Shown one piece after another: positions 14,856 through 28,067 of a stretch of 64,000 nucleotides of DNA; the stretch's first letter is position 1, and each line of letters starts with the position of its first letter. The notes beneath the pieces were generated by a model, which worked only from the letters and a program-made list of their open reading frames with translations, was not told where the DNA came from and did not search any database. The translations under genes and the position numbers were made by a program. Location: NCBI GenBank assembly GCA_964016885.1, contig OZ024750.1:23436001-23500000 (forward strand), given 5' to 3'. This DNA comes from Eledone cirrhosa (Eukaryota).

Positions 14856-16485
14856 ACCCCACCCCCCTCCGGATGACAATTTATGTTTTAATTTGATTAT
14901 AATTTCACAAAAATGTCAAAACAAACAAATCAATTACATTCTACTCAATAAAGCTGAAAAATCACATCTATAATTGATGGGGGACATCATTTAAGACTTT
15001 GAAAAAAAAATGAAATAAAATTTACAGCTTCATTCGGTAATCAAAAAAGGGAGGTAGGCATAAAAGCCAAACTCACTATCTTCAATTCAGTATTCATGCT
15101 AACCCTTACCTATGGTCCCAAGTTGTGGATTAAGTCTGCCACCCAAAGACACAAACTACAAGCTTTTTCGGTTTCCGATACCAAACCTCACCCACAGAGC
15201 CCATACCGTGCACTGTAGTTGAACTTGAAACCATGTAGCTGCGAAGTAAACCTCGTGACCACACAGCTGGGTCAGTATTCACATCCACTTTGCCATCGAA
15301 GGAAGTTAAATTAGATGAAAGAAACTGTGTTTCCATCAGTTTTTCCATTGTTGATTCTATCTGCTAGTTGCAACTCCTGGTAGAAGTGTCACCATTCTTC
15401 TGGTGACAAGAGACAAGATTTGAACTCAGAATATAGACAAATCTGCAACAGATACCACAAAACATCTCGTCAAACTCTTCACCACTCGATAGGATTTGAA
15501 CACGAGAGTGTAGAGAATTGGAATAGATATGCAAACATTTAATTTGAAGGCTTTCGCAAAACTGTTGACATGGAAATATAGATTAAGAAGAAAACTTACC
15601 AGCTTCACGTGTTAAGATGGCAGCATCGTAACCTCCATCTCCCATCCCCCAGCCCCATTTATCAAAGGGATTCTACTTAAATAATGAAATATTATTCAAC
15701 AGACGAGACACTAGGGAACAAGTCACTGCTGTGCTCCTAACTCCAAGATATGTAAACATGCAGACATAAAATCAATGATATTTCAGCAAAGAAATGATGT
15801 ATCATATCTACAATGAAATTAATTTTTACTTTTGAATTGCTAAACAGGCTTCCATTGATTTTTTAAAAGATATCTTTCAAGTTATGTTTGTTAAAATGGA
15901 GAACTGCTTCAAGACTATTTATATTGTTGGAATATATTCTTTTACTTTCTTTTGCTGGTTTCTCAGATTGTGGTCATGCTGTGTCACTGTCTTATTGATT
16001 TAGACAGTCATAGCAACCCCAGTACAGATCTCTTCGTTGAACCCCTAAATTACAGGATAAGCATAGACACATGTGTGCCTGGAGGTAGACAAAGGTTCTA
16101 AAATTCTTTGATATTTTCTTTTTCTCGTTGTCTAATGATCCTGTAAGTACACACGTGAAACTCCAGAGTAACAAGACTCATCACTTAGCCATAATAAAGA
16201 TGTTGTATATATATATATATATATATATAAATGTAATCTGAGTTTTTCGAATATTAATAATAATATTCGATTCGTTTGCAATTATACAAACTGCCTCTTT
16301 TAAGCCATGTCAGTAGAATGAGCCCCTCATTCTTGCTCTTGTGTTGGGATGGAAACAGAACTTCAGGCACTAATGTTTCTGGGTAATTACCCTTCATCAG
16401 TGCAGTTTACTGCTCACTTGCCAACTGTCAGAGCTAGTGAAAAATATATATTTTCTGAAATATACAGTGACTGATCTGCCTGATT

Positions 16486-16519
<34 letters not shown>

Positions 16520-17331
16520 CCACAGTAAAACAATGAGATATGAACACACACACACACATACACACATTTATAAAATAACATTTTTCGAGTGTTGCCTTGT
16601 TTTGTAGTTAGGGGTTCTTGTCACTTTAACACGCGTTCATGCATGTTAAAGCTTCAAGGAAATTGTCTAACACAATATGATAAATTTAAGATGAGAGGAA
16701 AATTTTGTAGTTAAACCTATGTGATGTAGTCTCCTGTCTTAATTATTTCATTGTTATTTTGGTATTTAGAGTGCTGGATTGGCAGAGCCGTTAGAGCGTC
16801 AGACAAATACTTAGTAATATTTGATTCGGCTCTTTAGTTCAAATGCCTTTCATCCTTTTGGGGGCAATAAAATAAAGTATCATTCAAGTACTGGTGTCAA
16901 TTTAGTCGATTTTCCCCTCCCCGCAAAGTGACTGGTTTTGTGCCTAAAGAAGAAATCGTTAAGTTGGTATTTGTGACAATTTAACCAAAGGTTCTTATAC
17001 CAAATTGTGTTGGAAGATTTTAAGTAGGAACTCTTTAATATAGGTGGTTTTCTTTCATTGAACCGGAAGCAAATTTGGGTTAATTGGTAACAAAAGGGTT
17101 AAGATTAGCTTTATTTACATATGATGCCTTAACATCTATCAGTTGTTTACCCAGGTTAACAAACTAGATGGTGAATTGGCAAGGTTGTTAGGACACCGAG
17201 TAGAATGCTTAGTGGTATTTTCCTTCCAGCTCCCTACACTCTAAGTTCAAAATTCAAAGTTTGCCTCCCCAGTCAGGTACTAGGTTTGATTTCTTCTCCC
17301 TTTGTGAATAGACAATGGGAAGGAGCATTCA

Positions 17332-17491
17332 CATCGCAATCCCCACCAAAGCTTCCACCATCACATCGCTGCCCCAGCAAACCTTCCACCATCACATTGA
17401 GACCCCAGCAACCCCTACACTACCACATTGCGACCCTAGCAACACTTTCACCACCACATTGTGGTCCCAGCAACCCTTCCGCCACCACATT
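17332..17491. repeat. About 31-bp degenerate tandem repeat, about 5 copies
   Basis: ccccagcaacccttccaccaccacattgcga-like units. Confidence 0.7.
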
Positions 17492-18588
17492 TAAGCTACG
17501 TTTCAAACAGCAGCGTAAATATGAAAAGTATTTAATTAAATCTTACTAATTTTACTAACATTTCTCTGAAAAAAATGTTTACAAATGAGTCTTTAGCAGT
17601 TATTGGTTATAGAGTAGTCGCCACTTTAGCAGGGTGGTAGAATCAGTGGTCGTTACTTTAAGAGGGTAGATGATTGAAGGTCGTTAGTTGCCAGTGTGGT
17701 AAGTGATAGTATCCAGTTGGATTATCTTGTTGACATAGACGTGAGGGAAGGTCCCTCGATCTATTTACCATCTATTTACAATATTCCTTTCGTCAGGTCG
17801 CCAATTCCAGCAGCATGGATTATAGATGTTATTGAGGCACGAGTAACATAACAATGATTTCAACAGCAGTAATTAGAGATGAAATGTATGTTTATTTATA
17901 TGGTTGAAGTTACAGATAAAAAGAGGTTACACAAGGGAATGTGCCATTGCGCCGTTAAGCCGGCGAGGCTAGGGGTGCAATATCTCACTGTTACATTATG
18001 CGTGTTGCTGGCTCAAAGTTTCTGATACAAGAGAGAGATTCTTCAAATCTTCGCGGGGAATTTCTTCCTCAGGGCGCGTAGGGATACATCCTCTTCTACT
18101 GGCGCTGATTGGCTGAACTGAGCCAAATCGCGCACAGAGAATGTATGTGAGCCTGCGGAAGTGAGTGCTGGGTGCTTTTTTTGCCGTGGCGCCTACACAA
18201 CCACTTTGCAGTGGAATAATATGAACCCCAGTCCTATCATCTCATTTCTACAGCTGAGTAAACTGGAGCAATGTGAAATAAAGTGTCTTGCTCAAGGAAA
18301 CAACACATCACCCGGTCTGAGAATTGAACTCACAACCTTTCGATTGCAAGGCCAATGCTCTAACCACTAAACCATGTGCCTCTTTAAATATTCAAATTGG
18401 TCTCCTGTAGGGCGTGCACTCCATGTTGGGAATTATTGGGTTAAGTAAATGTTTAAAACACTGCAAATTTAGATCAACCAGCAATAATATGTATGAAAGG
18501 CACGTACGATAATTACATTATCTGTCGAGACTGATGAATGTACAAATATATACATAGAATAAACAAACATGCAAAGCTTGAAGTGGAC

Positions 18589-18700
18589 GTTCTCTGATGA
18601 GACCCCAGTAAGGGTCAGAGATCGATAAAGAATACTCATCCTCATTTTAAATCTACTGGGAAATATAAAGTCGAAACGGCTTGAGCTCTGCCGTCGGGGA
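18589..18700 (+). ncRNA. Type I hammerhead ribozyme motif with extended stem II
   Basis: CTGATGA (18594-18600); stem II GAC/GTC plus CCCAGTA/TACTGGG; GAAA (18673-18676); stem III CGGC/GCCG; GTC triplet (cleavage after 18695); wobble-rich stem I TTCT/GGGG. Confidence 0.6.
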
Positions 18701-18878
18701 TCATACTTGTTCCTATTACCCACTCTACTACCCTAAGTATTAAGTTCTTTGGTGCGTTATGGTCCATCTGATTCCTTACCACATTTCCTTCGTTTTATAT
18801 ATATATATGTGTGTGTGCGTGTGTGTGTATATATATATATATATATATGCATATATGCATATATACATATATAATATA

Positions 18879-18912
<34 letters not shown>

Positions 18913-18918
<6 letters not shown>

Positions 18919-19278
18919 CAGGAAAGAAGGTTTACATGGTTTGCTATACAAAAAAGTTTTTAATCACATAGCTTACATTTGTTTCACTGAACTGGTCTGT
19001 CTAGAGATCGCTATCCGCCTAATTTTGCGTCACTCGATCGCCAATACAGAATTATAACCAGTCAGATCTTCGGAGCATGCTTTTCTTGCCTGTGTATTTT
19101 CTTCATTCTCGCATGCTCCGAAGATCTGACTGGTTATAATTCTGTATTGGCGATCGAGTGACGCAAAATTAGGCGGATAGCGATCTCTAGACAGACCAGT
19201 TCAGTGAAACAAATGTAAGCTATGTGATTAAAAACTTTTTTGTATAGCAAACCATGTAAACCTTCTTTCCTGATTTAT
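18913..19278. repeat. Perfect inverted repeat, 168-bp arms, 30-nt spacer
   Basis: 18913-19080 is the reverse complement of 19111-19278. Confidence 0.95.
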
Positions 19279-19445
19279 TATTACTCCAAGTGTTTACAAC
19301 ATAGGAATTACAGCATACCCGCAGCATCACTATGAAAACGCCTTGTTGAGTCAAACCAAGCCAAGCGTTAATATCATCCACTACCTGGAATACCATAACT
19401 GGACTTCACCTAAGTGGACTGCATTTAACTATTATTTGTTAATCC

Positions 19446-19483
<38 letters not shown>

Positions 19484-19613
19484 ATTGAGGGGGACGAGGC
19501 TGTGTGGTTACTGATAACGAGTGTTAGAAAGTAAAAGGAACACAAACAAGAGATAGACATTTCCCTTCATCAGTTGTCTATTACGAGTCACAGATGTTTC
19601 AGCGCATTATATA

Positions 19614-19666
<53 letters not shown>

Positions 19667-21457
19667 GTACGTAATCTCGGTTAATCCTATATATCATTTA
19701 TATACACATATGTAGTTATATATTTAGATTTCTTAATGCATATTTTGGTATATACTTATGGTTTATAAAATAAACATTTACTGAAATCTAACATTTCTAT
19801 TTAAGATAAAGCCTTTGTCAACAGGTAAAAATGGTTCACTCTGATAAGAGATGACAGCTGGAAAACGAAAGACAAATATTTTTAGAGCAACAGGTTTTCT
19901 GTGTTGGAATTGTCCGTAAATCTTTCAACTGGTGTTGCAAGTATTTACTGGCGTGAGACGGAGATAAGACACGTGCACAGACGGTGGATGCTTGTGGTAG
20001 TCTTGAAATTGGTGGCGTTACAGAAGTGGAGAAGGGTCGAGTGGGACTAACAACCTTTTTGTCAATGAGAGGAAGTTAAGTACAGGCATGTTATTGAAAT
20101 CATACCAGCACGGTTCGATGTGCAGTACAGCCATTCCATCTTGCGAGGCTCACTCCTGCAGGTGGCAAACTCCGTTCTGATAGTTGCGAGTAGTTGAGAG
20201 ACCGTCAACGCCAGAAGTATACACGGCTATAGGTTTAACGACAAAACCTATCAGAAAGCGGCTGATACTTAAACTACATACGAACTTTAGTTTGACGAGC
20301 AACGAAGACTGGGTCCGTCACGCAATCCACCAAGCAGCATAAACATATTAGGCATATGGTTAAAGCACTGATTCTCAAAGTGGGCTCTGTCACATACTTT
20401 TGTGTGCTAGGAGATTCAAGAAAGGTACTGAAAGGCTGGGAGCCGTAGGAAGCAAATGATTGATGGAGGAGGAACGTATACAACTTAGTAGTTGATAGTA
20501 AAACATTAGTCATGTGACAACTGTATTTGACAAGGCTGACTGAATTATATGAATAGTCCATCTGATGTGCTCTTAAGTACTTTCCATCAACCCAATTCCA
20601 CTCACTAGGCTTGGAGCAACCCAAGACTGTAGTAAATGACGTTCAAGATGCCACACAGCGGAATCGAACCCCTGATTATATAATTGCAAGCGAACCTCAA
20701 CCATTTAGTCATGCTACATCCACAAAACATCAGGTGGGGGGAGTAATAAATTATATATTAAGTAATAAATAAAGATATTGGATTTACGAACAATTTCACT
20801 ATTATTAATCAAAATTACTAGTTTAAATCGGTTTTAAACAACCAGGAGGCTTATGTTAAATTCAAATTAGTCAACAATCTTTCAGGAAGTTTGACAGTTA
20901 TAATTTCATGTAATTTATATTAATATGAAATATATTTACTGTAGATATAACTTCTAATCATTATTTCTGCTTACAACAGAGTGAAGAAAGACATATTTCA
21001 GAAATATTTGGTATTTGACAATGTCATGATTCCTTTTTTTAAAGTTAATTATTTCCTACGAGAAGGGAACCTGCTGTTGAGTGAATATGGTATATTCTCT
21101 GCTAGTTATAACTCCTGGCAGAAGTGCCACCGCTTTTCTGGTAACAGAAAATGGTATTTGAACACAGAATGCACAAATAATCTAGAATTTGGAGTGATTT
21201 AATAGAAGAATATTATTTGGAGAATTTAGTAAACTAACCTTCTCATTAAGCCAGTGTTTGGAGCATAACTTAACGAAGGTCGTTACATAAAATTATGACG
21301 GAAGGTTTTTAATTAGATCTAAACACTTTAAAACAGTTTTGTATTTTATCAAGAGAACCAGAGCCGGTTTCGGGCGGTTAGGTATATAAAAAAAAAAAGG
21401 TTAAATGTCTAACACGGAATGTAGAATTTGTGAGAAAATACGATGTTGCTAATAAGG

Positions 21458-21638
21458 GTTTCTACTTTTGGCACAAGGCCAGCAATTATCCCAGTACATT
21501 GCTGGTACTTTATTTTATCGATCCCGTAAGGATGAAAGGCAAAGTTAACCTCGGCGGGATTTGAACCTCAGAATGACAAGGGCCGTAATTCTATGCGTCA
21601 AAGCATGGCGTCCGACCCTCTACCGATACTGCCAATCC
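21458..21638 (-). mobile_element. SINE family A
   Basis: Full-length reverse-complement copy. Confidence 0.85.
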
Positions 21639-22879
21639 AGCTAATAATAATGTGACAACTTCCATCATTAAGGCTTTACTAAATATTATAAAGAATTGTT
21701 TGAAACTGAACAGCTGTTAATTCGGAATCGATTGACTTCTTTTACTGTCCTCAATATAAAATTGATCGATAAATGTCCAGCAACTGACTTAATGGTAACG
21801 TCACCACCACCACCGCCACAATTATAAATCCATCCTGGCAAAATCAATTAGAAAGGAAAGGAGCCAATCATAAGATCAGACCAGATAAACTTCGTTTCCA
21901 CAGCTGATACTATCAGCTGATCGTCAGATCGGAGCAAGGAAACAATGTTTTAATTGGTCTTTCCATTGCTGATGCTGTCTACCCGTTGTAACTACTGGCG
22001 AGAGGAGGCATGATTTGAATTCAGAACATACAGACGGGGTATTTTGCAATATCTGATCCGATTGCCAATCCACCATCGACCACCCTGGATCGGTACTTTA
22101 TCGATCTTTGAAAGGATGGAAGGCAAAATTGACCTCGGTAGCATTAGAACTCAGGGCGCGGAAATCCGGAACGAATACCCCAAAGCATTCTATCCGACGT
22201 TCTAATGACTGCCAATTCGCTGCCTTATCTAGGAATATGTTATCCTATATTTCTTTTCAAGATAAAGATAATAATGTACTATATTTCTAACCGGCCGCGA
22301 AACTGCGTAAAAACGTCTCTCGTCGAGAAAATGATTGATAAATGCAGTTAAGCTTAACTGGAAGCTAACCTGAGCAAGCTTCTGAATGTCCGAGATGACA
22401 TTTGCAAGACCCAACAAGTAAAGGCGATATCTTATTTTTTCAAAACACTTCAGCGAGAGCAGCCATTTCTACTGCATCATCGACCTAGACAACAGAAATA
22501 ACTGATAATTAATTAATCATAACGATCATTATTGATTTCTTGTATCAATGCAAGGTCACAATCTTATCTAGAAGGATATAACTGATAATATCAAACCTAA
22601 TTCATGCCTGACATTTATTTTAATCACTCTTGACGGACTAAAACACAACCTAGACCACAGATATAATTATGGGATTTAAAAGTACACTTTTTAACTATGT
22701 AGTTTCAAATTTGATTCAAACCCCACTGCACCACACCTGGCGTAAGTGACTTCTATTATATAGCTTTGGGTCAGCTAAACTTGGTAATTGAAATTTGGTA
22801 GGCAAAACTGCATGGAGGCTCGCCAGAGAGCCCATATCTGTTCCTGCATGATAAATTAAGTCTGACACCCGGTGGAACA

Positions 22880-23390
22880 CCACTACCTGACTACTGGGTG
22901 TCTATATCGGAGTCCACTCTTGCAGGCATTCAAGCTCGGTTTCCGGTTACCTTCGTACTTTTCTCCATTTACTGCGTTAATCATTCACCTGTGTGCTTCA
23001 ACGTTTTCAGATCCGCTTTCACTATCTTTGTTCAGATTTTCCTCGATCTTCTTCTACTGCAGCTTCCCTCCACTTTAAAATCATGGCACTTCTTCATCCA
23101 ATAGCCATCATTCATTCGCATCACATAGCCATACCAGCAGAATTGTTTCTCTTACACACTACATTTAATTCCGCTTGTACTATTCTTTTCTCTAAAACTC
23201 ATCCATACTTCGCCTCTCATGCACATTAGCATCACATTCATCGAGACATATTCGCTTCCTTTCTCTCTAGCATTCGCATACCTTCTGCATTCACTGCCCT
23301 TGTATCAATTCAATGCAACATCGCACTTCACACGCAGGCGTCATACAGCCGGCCTTTCGTTCATAGAGAAATTTTGTCAACTGCGGTAGT
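22880..23390 (-). mobile_element. RTE-LINE 3' remnant
   Basis: Minus-strand WYGYVMRM...W.KKC...KVEG...R.RSRK motif. Confidence 0.65.
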
Positions 23391-24179
23391 AGCTCCACGC
23401 ACACACACACACATCCACCTTGGTTATCCACAGGTCAAACACACCTATGGTCTAATGAATCTAGTGGGTGTGAATAAATGCTTGCCACAATGCATCATGT
23501 CAATATATACTATTATAGATGAGTGCATCATGTCAATATTTGCTATTATACAGAGATTAGTTCTTCAACAACACCAACACCAACAACAATTATCTATAGG
23601 AAGAGGCTATGTAGCTGGTAAGAGTGTCAGACACCATAACTTGCGGCCCGCGTTAACACAATTTAAAATCTTTTCCACCATCAATTGTTAAAAAACAAGT
23701 TTAAACCATTTAGTCGTCCATTCGTAACGTACGTTACGCTTTAGTTACATACACACACATCTTCACATAAATACATAAACAGATACAGACAACAGAAGGA
23801 AAGGGGGCTGGTGAAACGCTATATCGATATATCGATGTGTGTTGCGTCTCTTTAGAGTTTACCGGTTACATAGCCTATTCGTTATTGCTAGGGCGGTTCA
23901 TAGAATCGATTGAAGGTCGGACAAAATGTTTTTGAGATTTGTTTTTGAGATTTATTGCCACAGTTTTCTATATAGTCAATTGTAATATGAAACATTTGGA
24001 TTAGCTTACTTCCATTAGCATGTGCTTCAACATAAACAACATCGTTGTCTTCATTATACAAGTCATATAGCAACCTCATCAGAGACTCTTTACCAACCTG
24101 ATGAACACCTGAGCCCGGAAATTAATGAAATATAGAGCCTAAAGCAGAAATACTGGTCTAACGGTATTTCGATTTTTGC

Positions 24180-24954
24180 TTAAAACAGAGAATATCTGTT
24201 TGTCTGGTTGTCTGTCCAATCACCAAAACTCGAGAACCACCCAACTGAGGTTTTTCAAACTTTACACATGTAATACTTATGGACCCTTGAGTGTTTTGAG
24301 CAAAAAAATTTCAAATTTTCAATGCCCTAGGGACCCCATTAGCGATCTCTCAATAATTCTTAGTCTTTTTAGATAGATACATAGATATTACGTTGCGCCC
24401 TTATAATATCTGTCTGTATGCCTGGCTGTCTGCATTACGTCATTATGACGGTGTGTGCGCGTGTGTGTGTGGTGTGTGGTGTGTGGTGTGTGGTGTGTGT
24501 GTGTAACGTTTTTCGAGATATTTACTTCTGCGTTCACAGGTTTAATATTTTAGTTTCAGTAGGTCCCGCTAAGGGTGAAATCAGCGATTTTTTTGCTTAA
24601 ACTTTGATCTGTTATTTTAATATATATATATCTCCGTGTACAGATATTTTTGCATACACATAAACAAATGTATTTATTTCGCGATAAAGTATTGGTTTTC
24701 TTTGAACGGGAAAAAAAAAACCCTGGTAATGTACGACAGATTTTTTTTATAAGCACAAAATGTAGACACCAGCCCGAGGCATTCCGTGCGTCTCTGTACT
24801 GTTATTTATATGCTCGTGTACAGATATTTTTGCATACACAATAACAAAATATAAACAAACGTATTTACTTCACGAGGCTCGAGAAGGATAAATATATATC
24901 AAATATATAAGAACCCTAGAGCAAATCCCGAGCAACGCCGGGCCATTTTGCTAG
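24180..24954 (+). mobile_element. Non-autonomous Helitron-like element
   Basis: Subterminal hairpin cccgagcaacgccggg (24927-24942) followed by terminal CTAG (24951-24954); internal microsatellites. Confidence 0.7.
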
Positions 24955-25590
24955 TCTATATATATAAAACTGAGGATGTGTGTGCGTGTGAGTTTGAATC
25001 CCTAAAACTCGAGAAGTACCCAACCGGTTTTTTTTTAAAACTTTACATGTGTATCACTTATGTTTCAGAGAGTGTTATGCACATAAAAAATTCAACTTTT
25101 TGATCCCTAGGGCCCGCATTAGGTGAAAAACTGCGTTAGACAGAGAATGTGAGAGAGGTGAGGACAGAAAGACACGGTGGGGGGGGGGGGGGAAGAGAGC
25201 TACATTGAGAGAGAAAAAGGGAAAGCGAGAGAGAAGGGATGAAAAGAGAGTGACATTGAGAGAGAGGGGAAGCGAGAGGGAAGGGGTGGAAAGTGAGTGG
25301 CATTGAGAGAGAGGGGAAGCGAGAGGGAAGGGTGGAAAGAGAATAACATTGAGAAAGAGAGGGGGAAAGTGAGAGGGAAGGCGTGGAAAGAGAATAACAT
25401 TGAGAGAGGGAAGGGGTGGAAAGAGAATAACATTGAGAGAAAGAGGAGAAAGTGAGAGGGAAGGGGTGGAAAGAGAGATAGTGAGGGAGAGCCAGAGAGA
25501 AAGAGAAAGAGCGAGAGAAAGGAAGATCAAAGGAGAGAGTATTACCAAACGATGTCAAATGCTCAAAATCAATACCAGTGTCAGATATGG
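24955..25590 (+). mobile_element. Second Helitron-like element (5' TC, 3' truncated) carrying a GA-rich minisatellite
   Basis: Starts TCTATATATATAAAA directly after CTAG; aaaactcgagaa..cccaac..aaactttaca..ccctaggg segment homologous to 24225-24335. Confidence 0.6.
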
Positions 25591-27499
25591 AAGATTAATT
25601 CTTATTATCCTCATTAAAAGTTACCGTTAATGTCCAGTTGTAATTATCAGACTACAGGTGTTAGTTACCATTGTTGTTAATGCCATCCTGGAGACACTCA
25701 GGTAATTTTTTTCACCTTTTCGATACGAACCTGTCCCAAACTGCTATAAAGTAGTCAACTTTTACATTCAGTTCTAAAACTGAAATCTCATTACATGAGG
25801 TACCATTATATTTCAATGGTTCTGTAGTACTAAAGCTAATTTTGTGCAATAACTTTACACTCTGTATCATCAAATACTACATGTACTTACATGGAAAAGG
25901 ATAGTTAAAAGACTTAAAACACTAAAATGTTTAAATAGATATTACAAATATTTCTCAAACTCAGAACAGTTTTGTACAGTTCTAAAAATTTCTTTAAAAT
26001 AAACCTTGAAACTAACATTGCCACAACCCAAATTTTCACTAAATGCCTCAGATAAAATAAAATGCCAACATGTTAAAATCCGAAAATCTTAAACAACACC
26101 GGAAATGTCCACATCAACTGTGACATAGACCGACTCTACTTGAAACAAAAACTGAGAGCGGTCAGCGAGAAACTTCGATACCAAAAGTGGGTGGCTGAAA
26201 GAAAAAATAATTAATAAAATGCCAACATAGCACCCATGGCAATATTTTAACCCTTTAGCATTTAAACTGCACCCACCCACACACACCTGAGCTGAGAAAA
26301 TGAATCCTTAATTTTATAAATTTAGCGGAATGTAACATGTTAAATAACTTGTTTTAACTGTTAGAACTTTCATCGTAGTAAGCGATGGAGGACCGTATAC
26401 TAATCCTCTATAAAGACCTTCAAGTAGACTCACTGTAATCTGAAATCGCTTTCATATATGTAGTACTTATTCAAATGGCCTGGAGCTAACAAAACACATA
26501 AGGAGTGTTTAGAAGATCACATAGCAGAAAATGTTTGAGAAATATAATGTAATGCTTTCTTTATTTATTAATTAATTTATCTATTCTGTCAAAAAATACT
26601 TTAAGGCTATGTAGATTAATCAAAACGGGCCTCCGTCGGTTTCTACTAAGATACGCCCTCAAAATACTCATAAGATTAAGACAACTCTCTCTCTCTCTGA
26701 AGTCTCCTGGCTTAGTGGTTAGAGAGAAGGACTGGTGGTGGTGGTGGTGTGGAGGAGGAGCTACAGGTAACCTCTGACTGGAATTAATCACCTTAGTAAA
26801 TGACGACTAAACAGCTAAAGGTATGACCTGTTAGACAAAAAGGTAGGATTTGAGTTACACTAATTTGATTGTGGAAGACTGATATGAAGTGAGAAAACTT
26901 TCGCCCGGAGCGGAAATTCCAGTCGCATTCAAATATGAAATCGTCTGAACAAAAAAAAAAAAAAAAAAAAAAAATGGGTTAAACCTTTCTGTGAATTGGT
27001 AAAAGTAAAGATTCATTGTTTTTCACAGATATCACCCTAACTCACCGTCTCTGTGTGTGTTGGAGCTCCATCGGTTTCGACGATGCGTCTTCCAGTTGAT
27101 TCGATCAGCGGAACAGCCTGCTTTTAAAATTAATGTACAAATGGACCAGCATTCCACTGACACGTATCTTTACAGACACCATTACTGGAGGTCCTCCGTC
27201 GTTTCCGACGACGAGTGCTCCAGCTGATACAATCAACGATTGCCTGGTCAATAAAATAAAGCACCAGTAATGCACTGGGGTATTACTGGCCTTGTGGCAA
27301 AAGTAGAATCAATTATTAACAAACTCACGATACACATTATTAAAACATTCACAATAGACATTGTCATACTCACGAGATTAATAATTAATAGACACACAAG
27401 CGATATATTATCGACCTTACTCGATACATGACCAATAAATTCTGATTGTTTCAAATTACAATGATGGAACGTAAACATACACACACACAGGTACATCAG

Positions 27500-27776
27500 G
27501 TCTGAACACAGAGAAACCGAACTCCTACTGTCATCGCCTCCATCTCCCTCCCCCCATATCTCCCACCACCATGAGCAAATAGGGTCCCACGCGCTGGTCG
27601 CCTCCACTGCCCTGGCGGACGGAATAGAGAAGGCGTTTCCCCGGAGGATGGAGAGGGAGATGCCCTGGAAGAGCCATTCCATCTCGCGAGGCTCACACCT
27701 GCGGCTAGCCAGCTGAGCGCCTATGGTGGTAAGTAGGGAGGTAGCCCTAGGGCCAAGAACACCAGAAGTCGCCACA
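27500..27776 (-). mobile_element. CRE-clade non-LTR 3' remnant
   Basis: TSGVLGPRATSLLTTIG...EMEWLFQGISLSILRGNA. Confidence 0.7.
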
Positions 27777-28035
27777 TTGTTAATACAATACATCATACAA
27801 TAAACATTAACAGATTTACGATAGACTTACGTCCCTTTATGATCTGAGTTCAAATCACGCCGAGATTAACTTTGCCTTTCATCCTTACGGGGTCGATAAA
27901 ATAAAGTACCAGTAATGTACTGGGTAATTGCTGGCCTTGTGCCCAAAGTAGAAACAATTATTAAAATACTCAATAGACATTATTATCATACGAGATTAAT
28001 AATTAACAGATACACACACGATACATTGTTATTAA

Positions 28036-28067
<32 letters not shown>

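Noticed and set aside
17600-18150. Possible solo LTR with TGGCGAC primer-binding site on the minus strand
   Set aside because: No clear TG...CA termini or TSD could be delimited and there is no second copy in the window.
25075-25630. Hydrophobic Leu/Ser/Pro ORFs resembling membrane proteins (also 3050-3439 and 3786-4037)
   Set aside because: Translations of CT/GA-rich low-complexity repeats.
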